Part shown: piece by piece, positions 9,239-17,355 of the stretch
Position numbering within the stretch: the first letter of the stretch is position 1
Layout: each line of letters opens with the position of its first letter
Assembly (NCBI RefSeq): GCF_000196555.1
Contig: NC_015067.1
Location: forward strand, 1,770,001 to 1,802,000
Direction of reading: 5' to 3'
Length of the DNA: 32,000 nucleotides
Source: Bifidobacterium longum subsp. longum JCM 1217
GTDB taxonomy: Bacteria; Actinomycetota; Actinomycetes; Actinomycetales; Bifidobacteriaceae
Translations under genes and position numbers: made by a program
Notes under the pieces: model-generated
Told to the model about the DNA's origin: nothing
Seen by the model: only the letters and a program-made list of their open reading frames with translations
Database searches by the model: none

Positions 9239-11254
9239 CTACTCCAGCTCCACCGCGCCGGTGTACAGCTGGTAGTACTCGCCCTTTTGCGCGATCAGCT
9301 CGTCATGCGAACCACGCTCGATGATGTTGCCGTGGTCGAGCACCATGATCACATCGGAATTGCGCACGGTGGACAGGCGGTGGGCGATGACGAAGACCGT
9401 ACGGCCCTTCATCAGGTTATCCATACCAGCTTGCACAACCTCTTCAGTACGCGTATCAATCGAGGACGTGGCCTCGTCAAGGATCAGCGCAGGCGGATCG
9501 GCCACCGCCGCGCGAGCGATGGAGATCAGCTGGCGCTGGCCCTGGGACAGGCCGGAACCGTCGCCTTCGAGCACCGTGTTGTATCCCCCGGGCAGCATGC
9601 GGATGAAGCTGTCCGCATTGACCAGACGCGCGGCCTCGATGCATTCCTCATCGGTGGCGTTCAGGCGGCCGTAACGGATGTTGTCCATCACGGTGCCGGT
9701 GAACAGGTTCACGTCCTGCAGCACGATGCCCAAAGACCTGCGCAGGTCAGGCTTCTTGATGCCGGCCACGGAGATACCATCATACAGAATCTGGCCTTCC
9801 TGAATGTCGTAGAACCGGTTGATGAGGTTGGTCACGGTGGTCTTGCCGGCACCGGTGGCGCCGACGAGCGCGATCTTCTGGCCGGGCTTGGCGAACCAGG
9901 TGATGCCGTGCAGCACCGGCTTGTCCGGGTTGTAGCCGAAGGTCACGTTGGTGAAGCGCACGTCGCCGCGCAGCAGGGTCAGTCGGCCGTCGGGCGAGGT
10001 GATCGCCTGCTCCTTGGCCTTCATCGCCACCTCGCGGGCCGAGCCCTTGAGCTTTTCTGCGGCCTTCAGAGACCTCGTACCGTCGTCGCCGACCTCGCGC
10101 TTCCATGCCCAGTGGCCGGTCTCGTGGTCGACTTCGGTCATGGTGCGGCCATCCTCGCCAAGTTCCACGTTCACGAGCGTCACGGTGCCCTTGTCTTCCT
10201 CGATGGGCTCATCCATCAGCTTGAAGATACGGGAGGCACCGGCGAGCGCCATCATCACCATGGTCAGCTGCTGAGAGACCTGACCGATCGGGTTGATGAA
10301 CGAGCGGGACAGGGTCAGCAGGGAGACGAGCGTGCCGAGGGTGAGCGGCTTGACGCCGGTCAGACCGATGTCGTTGACGCCGGCCAGCGAGACGGCGGCG
10401 CCGACGATGGCAAGCAGGATGTAGAGCAGGTAGCCCATGTTGCCGACGACCGGCATGGTGACGTTGCCCCAGGTGTTCGCTTCGGCGGACGCCTCGAAGA
10501 GTTCCTCGTTCTTCTCGTCGAAGGTCTTCTGGGTGGCGTCTTCATGGTTGAAGACCTTGATGACCTTCTGGCCGTTGACGGATTCCTCCACGAAGGCGTT
10601 CACGTCGCCGATCCACTGCTGCTGCTTGACAAAGTAGCGGCCGGAGCGGCTCACGATCTTGCGCACGATGAAGTAGAGCAGAACGGTGAACACGATTACG
10701 AACGCGGTGAATGGAATGGACAGCCACAGCATGGACAGCAGCGCCGCGACCGCGGAGATAATCGAGGAGAACATCTGCGGGAACGACTGCGAGATGGCCT
10801 GGCGCAGCGTATCGGTGTCGTTGGTGTAGTGGCTCATGATGTCGCCGTGCTCGTGGCTGTCGAAGTAGCGGATCGGCAGCTTCTGCTGGTGGGCGAACAT
10901 GTCGTCACGAATCTTCTTGAGCGTGCCCTGCTCGACGGTGACGATCAGCCACTGCCACAGCCAGGACGCCACGATGCCGGCCACATACAGGCCCGCCATC
11001 AGGCTGATGGCCCGCAGCAGCGGGGCCCAGTCGGAGTTCGACTCCCCCACCATCGGCAGGATGTACGTGTCGATGAGCGACTGGAGGAACAGCGCGGAAC
11101 CGGCCTGCGCGGCGGCACCGACCAAGATGCACACCACGATGGCGATGACACGCCACTTGTACTGGAAGATGTAGCTGAAGATGCGCTTGATGGTGCCAGG
11201 CTCGGCTTTGCCCATGGCGGGCTTGCGGTTCTTGAAACTCTGGTCGCTGCTCAT
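9239..11254 (-). CDS. ABC exporter, fused permease/ATPase subunit (heterodimer partner B) with an extended TMD-NBD junction
   Basis: Six-TM exporter domain. Walker A GATGAGKTT, signature LSQGQRQ, Walker B LILDEATSSID, H-loop AHRL. Its ATG overlaps the stop of the upstream subunit (ATGA at 11251-11254). Confidence 0.92.
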   Translation of the reverse strand: MSSDQSFKNRKPAMGKAEPGTIKRIFSYIFQYKWRVIAIVVCILVGAAAQAGSALFLQSLIDTYILPMVGESNSDWAPLLRAISLMAGLYVAGIVASWLWQWLIVTVEQGTLKKIRDDMFAHQQKLPIRYFDSHEHGDIMSHYTNDTDTLRQAISQSFPQMFSSIISAVAALLSMLWLSIPFTAFVIVFTVLLYFIVRKIVSRSGRYFVKQQQWIGDVNAFVEESVNGQKVIKVFNHEDATQKTFDEKNEELFEASAEANTWGNVTMPVVGNMGYLLYILLAIVGAAVSLAGVNDIGLTGVKPLTLGTLVSLLTLSRSFINPIGQVSQQLTMVMMALAGASRIFKLMDEPIEEDKGTVTLVNVELGEDGRTMTEVDHETGHWAWKREVGDDGTRSLKAAEKLKGSAREVAMKAKEQAITSPDGRLTLLRGDVRFTNVTFGYNPDKPVLHGITWFAKPGQKIALVGATGAGKTTVTNLINRFYDIQEGQILYDGISVAGIKKPDLRRSLGIVLQDVNLFTGTVMDNIRYGRLNATDEECIEAARLVNADSFIRMLPGGYNTVLEGDGSGLSQGQRQLISIARAAVADPPALILDEATSSIDTRTEEVVQAGMDNLMKGRTVFVIAHRLSTVRNSDVIMVLDHGNIIERGSHDELIAQKGEYYQLYTGAVELE

Positions 11255-13209
11255 CGTGCTTCTCCTTCCTTGGTATCGGCTGCATTGGCATCAGCTGCGC
11301 TGGTATCGGCCGTGGGCATGGTCACTGTCACCGTCACGGTTTCGGACGGCTCAGCGGTAGATGACTCAGCAGCCTGTTCGGCAGCGGCCAGTTCTTCGGG
11401 CTGGGCCTGGTTCTTGGTCTGGGATTCGTAGATGGAACGGTATTCATCGCAGGTGGCGAGCAGTTCGTCGTGTGTGCCGGACGCCATGATGCGGCCGGAA
11501 TCCATCACCAGAATCATGTCGGATTCCTGCACGGAGGCCACGCGCTGGGCGATGATGATCTTCGTGGTGTCCAGAATCTCGTTGTGGAACGCGGAACGGA
11601 TCAGCTTGTCCGTCTTGGTATCGACGGCGCTGGTCGAATCGTCGAGAATCAGAATCTTCGGCTTCTTCAGCAGCGCACGGGCGATGCACAGGCGCTGGCG
11701 CTGTCCGCCGGACACATTGGTACCGCCCTGCTCGATGTACGTGTCGTACTTATCGGGGAATTCCTGAACGAATCCATCGGCCTGCGCGAGCTGCGCAGCA
11801 TGGCGAATCTCTTCATCGGTGGCGTTCGGGTTGCCCCACCTGAGGTTTTCGGCAATAGTGCCGGAGAACAGCACGTTCTTCTGCAACACCATGGCCACCT
11901 GATCGCGCAGCGCCTCGAGATCGTAGTCGCGTACATCCACGCCGCCGACCTTCAGCGAACCGGAGCTCACGTCGTACAGTCGCGGCACGAGCTGTACCAG
12001 AGACGACTTTGCCGAACCAGTACCGCCGACAATGCCGACGGTCATGCCGGAGCGGATCTTCAGGTTGATGTCGTCAAGCACGGGCTTTTCGGAACTGTCG
12101 GAGTAGCGGAAGGTGACATGGTCGAATTCGATGGAGCCGTCGGCCATGTCAGTCACCGGCTGTGCCGGGTTCTGCACCGTGCTTTCCTCCTGCAGCACCT
12201 GGCAGATACGCTCGGCAGAAGCCTGAGAAATAATCACCATGACGAAGATCATGGACAGCATCATCATGGCCATAAGGATCTGCATGGCGTAGGTGACCAG
12301 TGCGGTCAGGTCGCCGGTGGTCAGGCCCACGGCGGGGTTGTTGCCGGAGGCGACGATCTGCTGCGCGCCCATCCATGCGATGAGGATCATCGAACCGTAG
12401 ATGCAGATCATCATCAGCGGGCTGTTGAAGCTCATGATGCGCTCAGCCTTGGTGAAGTCCTTGAAGATGCGCTGGGAGATGCGGCCGAACTTGGAGACCT
12501 CGAAGGATTCGCGGTTATAGGACTTGACCACGCGGATGCCCTGCAGGTTCTCGTCGACCACGTTGTTCAACGCATCGTAGGTGTGAAACACGCGCTCGAA
12601 CACCGGATGCACGAGCACGGCCAGACCGCACAGGCCGATGGCCAGAATCGGGATGCAGGCCAGGAACACCATGGAAATCGACGGGGAGATACGGAACGAG
12701 AACAGCCAGGATACGACCACCATAATCGGGGCACGCACGCCCAGACGAATGATCATCATGTAGGCGTTCTGCAGGTTCGTCACGTCGGTGGTCAGTCGGG
12801 TCACGATCGAACCGGTGGAGAACCGGTCAATATTGGTGAAGCTGAAGCCCTGCACCTTCTCGAACTGGTCCTTGCGCAGGTTCTTGGCGAAGCCCGCGCC
12901 GGCCACGGCCGCGTACTTTCCGGACAGGAAGCCGGCACCCAGCGAAACCATCGCGCACACCAGCAGAATCACGCCGAACTTGACGGTGGCCGGCATGCTG
13001 CCACCGGTGATACCCTCATCGATCAGCGAAGCCATGATGGTCGGAATCAGGATTTCCAGAATACCTTCGACCGCCACGAACACCGGAGCCAGGATGCTGG
13101 CTTTCTTGTATTCACGAATCGAATGGCCCAGCGTGCGCAGTACATGTTTGGGCTTGTCCGGTTCGACGGCTTTGCGCGCCTGCGCGATTGCCTCTGCGGT
13201 ATCACTCAT
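11251..13209 (-). CDS. ABC exporter, fused permease/ATPase subunit (heterodimer partner A) with a low-complexity C-terminal tail
   Basis: Walker A GGTGSAKSS, signature VSGGQRQR, Walker B LILDDSTSAVD, H-loop AQRV. The last ~60 aa are an Ala/Thr/Glu-rich tail. Its ATG overlaps the marR stop (ATGA at 13206-13209). Confidence 0.92.
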   Translation of the reverse strand: MSDTAEAIAQARKAVEPDKPKHVLRTLGHSIREYKKASILAPVFVAVEGILEILIPTIMASLIDEGITGGSMPATVKFGVILLVCAMVSLGAGFLSGKYAAVAGAGFAKNLRKDQFEKVQGFSFTNIDRFSTGSIVTRLTTDVTNLQNAYMMIIRLGVRAPIMVVVSWLFSFRISPSISMVFLACIPILAIGLCGLAVLVHPVFERVFHTYDALNNVVDENLQGIRVVKSYNRESFEVSKFGRISQRIFKDFTKAERIMSFNSPLMMICIYGSMILIAWMGAQQIVASGNNPAVGLTTGDLTALVTYAMQILMAMMMLSMIFVMVIISQASAERICQVLQEESTVQNPAQPVTDMADGSIEFDHVTFRYSDSSEKPVLDDINLKIRSGMTVGIVGGTGSAKSSLVQLVPRLYDVSSGSLKVGGVDVRDYDLEALRDQVAMVLQKNVLFSGTIAENLRWGNPNATDEEIRHAAQLAQADGFVQEFPDKYDTYIEQGGTNVSGGQRQRLCIARALLKKPKILILDDSTSAVDTKTDKLIRSAFHNEILDTTKIIIAQRVASVQESDMILVMDSGRIMASGTHDELLATCDEYRSIYESQTKNQAQPEELAAAEQAAESSTAEPSETVTVTVTMPTADTSAADANAADTKEGEAR

Positions 13210-13754
13210 TCGTTCTCCTCCTTCGTGTTAGCAACCTCCGCTCCGTCTTGATCGGGAGCCATCACCACAGGTGACTGAGGGAGTGTTTGATGTTCAAATT
13301 CATGTTGTGCGCGGTCGATGTTCGCGCGCATGCGACTGACGTAGTCACGTAGGGCTGCTTTCTCGCTTTCGGAAAAGCCATCAACCAACAGACGTTCGAC
13401 GCGTTCGCCGTTCGCTTTGAGATCGGCGACGATGGCGTCCGCCTTATCGGTCAGGACGATACGCTTGCAACGGGCATCATGCGCCACCGATTCGCGGGCA
13501 ATAAGCCCTTTCTTTTCCATAAGCGCCAGCACGCGCGAAGCGGTGGAGCGGGTGATACAGAACTTCTGTTCGATGGTGTGCTGGTAGATTTCACGATTCC
13601 GGTTACGAGCCAGGAACATGATGATATGCGCGTTGCCGCCAGTGGTCTCCTTAGCGGAAAGCGGCATGCTCTCACCGAGATAGCGGTCGACGGCTTTGGT
13701 CACCGCTCGCATCTCAATGCTGAGAATATGCTGATCCATTGTCCTCCGTACCAT
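13206..13754 (-). CDS. MarR-family transcriptional regulator
   Basis: Winged-helix block HTIEQKFCITRSTASRVLALMEKKGLIARESVAHDARCKRIVLTDKA. First gene of the marR-ABC-ABC operon. Start is ambiguous: ATG at 13754, or ATG at 13739 with GGAGG only 3 nt upstream. Confidence 0.88.
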   Translation of the reverse strand: MVRRTMDQHILSIEMRAVTKAVDRYLGESMPLSAKETTGGNAHIIMFLARNRNREIYQHTIEQKFCITRSTASRVLALMEKKGLIARESVAHDARCKRIVLTDKADAIVADLKANGERVERLLVDGFSESEKAALRDYVSRMRANIDRAQHEFEHQTLPQSPVVMAPDQDGAEVANTKEENE

Positions 13755-13787
13755 GCGAGGCCATGCGCGTATGCGCCTTCACCCCAC

Positions 13788-13851
13788 ATTGTTGCATACG
13801 CAACAATTCATGATAAAGAGACCCATATACAACAGTTGCATATACAACAAT
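13788..13851. promoter_or_regulatory. two copies of a 17-nt motif, one inside a perfect 20-bp palindrome; candidate MarR operators
   Basis: ATTGTTGCATACGCAACAAT (13788-13807) is a perfect palindrome. GTTGCATATACAACAAT (13835-13851) repeats GTTGCATACGCAACAAT (13791-13807) with two substitutions. Both lie 35-100 nt upstream of the marR start. Confidence 0.6.
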
Positions 13852-13901
13852 CGGTGTGTTGCCTAGACAACGAATCCCACATATGCCCTATACACAAACT
13901 G

Positions 13902-13932
13902 GCTCCCTTCTCTGAATCTCAGAAAAGGGAGC
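13902..13932 (-). terminator. hairpin terminator downstream of the truncated GH3 gene
   Basis: GCTCCCTTCTCTGA / loop ATC / TCAGAAAAGGGAGC: a 14-bp stem with one mismatch, 18 nt past the stop at 13950. On the minus strand it is followed by CAGTTTGTGT. Confidence 0.55.
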
Positions 13933-13949
13933 TGGCAGTTTGCGTAGTA

Positions 13950-15533
13950 TTACTTGCTCAGCTTGGCGTACTCGTCAACCATGAACTGGGCGATCTTCTT
14001 GCCGCCTTCGCCCAACAGGGTGGGCAGCGAGTTGATGGGCATGGAGTTGAGGAACATGCGCATCATCGCATTATCCGGAAGCTTCGGCAGCTCGCCGGCC
14101 TCGCCGGCGGCGGCCACGGCGGCCACGATCTTGGCGCCGAACGGATCGGCCTCCCACTCGCCGTAGGTGGACCATTCGGTGAGCGGCTGGGTCTTGCCAT
14201 CGCCATCGAGGGCCACGGCAACGGTGTCGGCAATGTCGCGGGAGCTCACGCCCACTTCGATGGCATATTCGCCAGACTCCACATGCCAGTCGTTATACTT
14301 TTCGGACCAGTAGGCGAACGCGCGCTCGTCGAGGTCGATGGTCACGGTCTTGGACTCACCGGACTTGAGGAACACCTTGGTAAAGCCCTTAAGCTCGTGC
14401 TTCGGGCGAGCCACGTCAGCCTTGCCCGGTGCAACGTACACCTGCACGGTTTCGGAGGCATCCACATCGGAGGTGTTGGTCACGGTGGCGGTCACGGTGG
14501 CGGTGTTCGCGCCGGTCTTGGCAACGGCGACGTCAGCGATCTCGAACGTGGCATAGCTCAGGCCGTAGCCGAACGGGTAGTCCACAACCTTGCCGTAGGT
14601 GTCGTAGTAGCGGTAGCCGACGAACACGCCCTCGCCGTAGTCGACGTGGCCTTCCTCGCCCGGCCAGTTCAGCATGCTCGGGTCATCGTTGATGTCCAGC
14701 GGAATCGACTGGGCGAGCTTGCCGGACGGGCTGACCTGGCCGAAGATCACATCGGCGAGCGCCGGGCCACCGGACTGGCCGAGCAACCAGGATTCGAGGA
14801 TGCCCTTGGCGTTCTTGGCCCACGGGGCCACGGAGACCACGGAGCCGTTGGACAGCACGACCACGACGTTCTGGTTCGCGGCGGCGACCTGTTCGAGCAG
14901 GGCGATCTGCTTGGCGGGCATGTCGAGGGTGTCGCGGTCGAAGCCCTCGGATTCCGCGGCTTCCGGCAGGCCCAGGAACATGAGGACAACGTCGGCGTTC
15001 TTGGCGGTTTCCACGGCCTCGGATTCGAGGGCCGGGTCGGCCGGTTCCAGATCGAGCGTGAAGCCGGGGGCGAAGTCGGCCTTGATGCCGCGCTCGGCGA
15101 GCGTGTCGAGGAAGCTGGTCATCTTGGTGGGGGTGATGTGGGAGGAGCCGCCGCCCTGGTAGCGCGGGGTGCGGGCGAATTCGCCGATAACGGCGATCTT
15201 CTGGGGCGTGGCGGACGGATTGGCGACTGGGTCGGCGTTCAGCGGCAGAATCGCATCGTCGTTCTTGAGCATCACAATGGATTCAATAGCGGCCTGATGG
15301 GCGACTTCATCGTGGGCGTCCACATCGAAACGGTAATTATCGATGCTCATTGCAGCGCGGGTCTTGTTTACCAAGTCAATCATGCCCTGAGCCATACGAT
15401 CGAGCTGGGCGGGGATGATTAGGCCGTCGCGGACGGCGTAGACAATCTGGTCGTCGGTGTAGCTCGGCGGCATTTCCAGATTCAGGCCTGCATTCAGGGA
15501 GGCCCCACGGTCATGATCGGCGCCCCAGAGGAC
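13950..15533 (-). pseudogene. GH3 beta-glucosidase remnant: C-terminal (alpha/beta)6 and Fn3-like domains only, catalytic N-terminal half missing
   Basis: Homology reads upstream of Met 15473 as ...WGADHDRGASLNAGLNLEMPPSY. It then breaks: VL replaces the expected SD of the SDW nucleophile motif and an in-frame TGA lies at 15534-15536. The downstream part has typical GH3 C-terminal blocks (KIAVIGEFA..PRYQGGGSS, LSYATFE, Fn3-like end). Confidence 0.8.
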
Positions 15534-15765
15534 TCACTCGCTTAGGTGAGATTCTGCGTCCCCTAAGCAAATCCTCATAGAGCTTTCTAGGAGGAAGACG
15601 ACATCGCTTGGAATCATCCAGATAATAATCCAAGCCACATAGATGAGCGAAATTTCCCGAGTCCCAAACAATGGCAAGAGTCAGATCATCTTCACAGTGA
15701 TTTTTTATTGAACGGCCTTCAAGTCGCTCATGATACAGGAGAGCCGCAGCATGGGCTTGCGCCAA
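15511..15765 (-). CDS. small ORF (84 aa from TTG; 94 aa from GTG at 15795) in a low-GC block; possible truncated nuclease-toxin-like protein
   Basis: AAGGAG (15772-15777 on minus), a 6-nt spacer, then TTG at 15765. Sequence ...ALLYHERLEGRSIKNHCEDDLTLAIVWDSGNFAHLCGLDYYLDDSKRCRLPPRKLYEDLLRGR.... The frame runs across the junction into the GH3 remnant and stops at 15511, so the C-terminus is probably not native. Confidence 0.4.
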   Translation of the reverse strand: MAQAHAAALLYHERLEGRSIKNHCEDDLTLAIVWDSGNFAHLCGLDYYLDDSKRCRLPPRKLYEDLLRGRRISPKRVSPLGRRS

Positions 15766-15810
15766 TGCATACTCCTTTGTCTTCGTTATATTCACGGCTC
15801 CCCCTTTGCC

Positions 15811-15849
15811 GAAAAATAAGGGAGGGACATCTGAGCCAGATGTCCCTCC
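15811..15849 (-). terminator. strong intrinsic terminator (minus strand)
   Basis: Minus strand reads GGAGGGACATCT-GGCTC-AGATGTCCCTCC followed by CTTATTTTT: a perfect 12-bp GC-rich stem, 5-nt loop and U-tract. It lies between the structured segment and the SD of the small ORF. Confidence 0.8.
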
Positions 15850-16139
15850 TGAGATGAAAAGCCATGTTTTACAGTCTTCTGCATGACTATCATCCACTAC
15901 TTTCGAAGTGGAATCGGTAGTGGCTTCGGTTGGCCCAACCGTATCACCCAGCCACTGGGCTAGGCACCCTGCTTTCGCGGTATTCGTCCGCGCGGACGAA
16001 TCAAGTGCCAGCGGCGGCTGACTTCTCATCTCGAACCCGCAACCCACCCCGCCGCAAAGGATAGGCCGGGTCACGAAGCTCACTCTCTACCTTACACAAT
16101 TGGCTCGAATCATGCCACCAGAGAGCGATTTCGTTCTCA
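15850..16139 (-). ncRNA. candidate structured RNA or leader (unclassified)
   Basis: No convincing coding frame, yet hairpins are densely nested or serial: 16081-16127 (8 bp), 16011-16055 (GCGGCGG/CCGCCGC), perfect 20-nt palindrome 15982-16001, 15947-15959 (CCCAG/CTGGG), 15928-15940 and 15894-15923 (CCACTAC/GTAGTGG). It ends in the terminator at 15811-15849. Confidence 0.3.
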
Positions 16140-17354
16140 TTACACCATCCAACCGGCGTGCCAGACGTGAGTGAGATCCCAAGGGTCGAGGCGTGACGTG
16201 TCGGATTGCGGGTCGATGGTAGGCAAGAAATCACGATTACCACGTAATTGGTAGCTCCAATAGATTTGCCCGGCGGACACGTTCCATGCCTTGCGTTGCA
16301 TGGCGGCGATCTCGCGGTAAATAGAGCCTCTGATAGATGCACTGTGCATGGCGTTTTCCTTGGAGCGGCCACCATCGCCTGTACGCTTATCGACCACCCG
16401 ATTTACCAGACCATTAGCCACGCACCACTCCCCTACAATCACCGGCGTATAGCGCGCGGCCCGGCGGATGCGGCGTTCGTTCCAGCGCACGAACAAGCGA
16501 TACCAGCCCATCAGCCACCGATCCGGGATCAGACGGAACAGCGGGAATTGCTCGGCCATGACCAGATAGACATGCGTATCGAGCATGACGCCCCGCATGC
16601 CCTCGCGCACGAACCAGTCCCGCCAACGGCCCAGTCGGAAGCCGTCATGGAACACGATGACTTGATTCCCTGCCAGAATCGGGCGCAACCGGTGGTATGT
16701 CTCGCGGTAGAAACGCTTGAGGAACGCCATCGGAATAGGCCCGCTTCCTCGCGCTTCGGACCGGTCTTTCGCCTGCCTGCTCGATGGTGACATGGCATAC
16801 GTCAGCCAGTCAATCGGCTCATTCAGCACTTCGATACCGAACAGCGCCGCGTGGTCGCGATACCGGCGAGCCAGACGGACCAGCACATCCAGCGCATAGG
16901 CGACCGCTCGCGGGCTACGATGCCAGCGCACCACGCCGGTGAGGCCGCCGTTATCGAATCCGTTCTGCGAGCCGGGCACCGTGTGCAGGTCGATAAGAAT
17001 CTTGAGCCCGGTCCGCTCGGCCCAGTCGAACGCTCTGTCCAGATACTCGGTACAGCCCGGGTGACCGGGCACATCCCCGAACACGAAATACGGCACTGGA
17101 ATACGCACCAGATTGCAGCCATGTGCGGCAATGTTCCGAAAATCGGCCTCGGTAATATACGTGTCGCGATGCCGCGTCAGCAAAGCCTCCAGCTCAGCCG
17201 ACTTCGTAGCCCGATGCAGCCAGATCTCGTCCGCCTCGCCGCTGGCGGCAAAAATCCCCGGCTTCATCCACCGCTCCAGCACCAGCCAATTGCCGAGGTT
17301 CACCCCATTAATTCGTTCGCCAACACCCAGCGCGCCCGATGCCATACCTGTCAC
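16140..17354 (-). CDS. GH5 glycoside hydrolase (exo-beta-1,3-glucanase/cellulase-family), cytoplasmic
   Basis: INGVNLGNWLVLERWM N-terminal block typical of GH5 exo-glucanases. Also DLHTVPGSQNG and acid/base IEVLNEP. No signal peptide. Start is GTG at 17354 or ATG at 17345. Confidence 0.85.
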   Translation of the reverse strand: MTGMASGALGVGERINGVNLGNWLVLERWMKPGIFAASGEADEIWLHRATKSAELEALLTRHRDTYITEADFRNIAAHGCNLVRIPVPYFVFGDVPGHPGCTEYLDRAFDWAERTGLKILIDLHTVPGSQNGFDNGGLTGVVRWHRSPRAVAYALDVLVRLARRYRDHAALFGIEVLNEPIDWLTYAMSPSSRQAKDRSEARGSGPIPMAFLKRFYRETYHRLRPILAGNQVIVFHDGFRLGRWRDWFVREGMRGVMLDTHVYLVMAEQFPLFRLIPDRWLMGWYRLFVRWNERRIRRAARYTPVIVGEWCVANGLVNRVVDKRTGDGGRSKENAMHSASIRGSIYREIAAMQRKAWNVSAGQIYWSYQLRGNRDFLPTIDPQSDTSRLDPWDLTHVWHAGWMV

Positions 17355-17355
17355 G

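Noticed and set aside
9215-11431. 738-aa plus-strand ORF antisense to the ABC transporter gene. Similar cases: 11470-13251 (+), 13479-15422 (+), 18149-20881 (+), 23982-28868 (-, 1628 aa) and 28783-30033 (-).
   Set aside because: Each lies exactly opposite a gene with clear family motifs and is dominated by R/G/H/D/V/A runs with no motif of its own. These are the classic stop-codon-poor shadow ORFs of high-GC DNA with GC-rich third codon positions.
16030-16045. tRNA-like T-arm string GCGGGTTCGAGAT on the minus strand (possible tRNA or att remnant).
   Set aside because: There is no complementary CCCGC 3' half, no acceptor or anticodon arms, and no integrase nearby.
15960-16060. Possible TPP (THI-box) riboswitch. 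The minus strand has GGGGTG, TGAGA, CTTGAT and CGCGG-ACGAATA-CCGCG...AGCAGGG strings that echo the aptamer consensus as I remember it.
   Set aside because: The P2/P3 partners are missing: no ACCC segment, and the would-be P3 is wobble pairs only. Spacing before the P5-like hairpin is ~7 nt too long, and no thiamine gene is nearby. It is left as something a cmscan against RF00059 would settle.
15511-16083. 190-aa minus-strand ORF taken as one gene.
   Set aside because: It would read straight through a 12-bp-stem/U-tract terminator (15811-15849) and a hairpin-dense segment with a non-protein-like sequence. Only the part downstream of the SD (from 15795/15765) is plausible coding.
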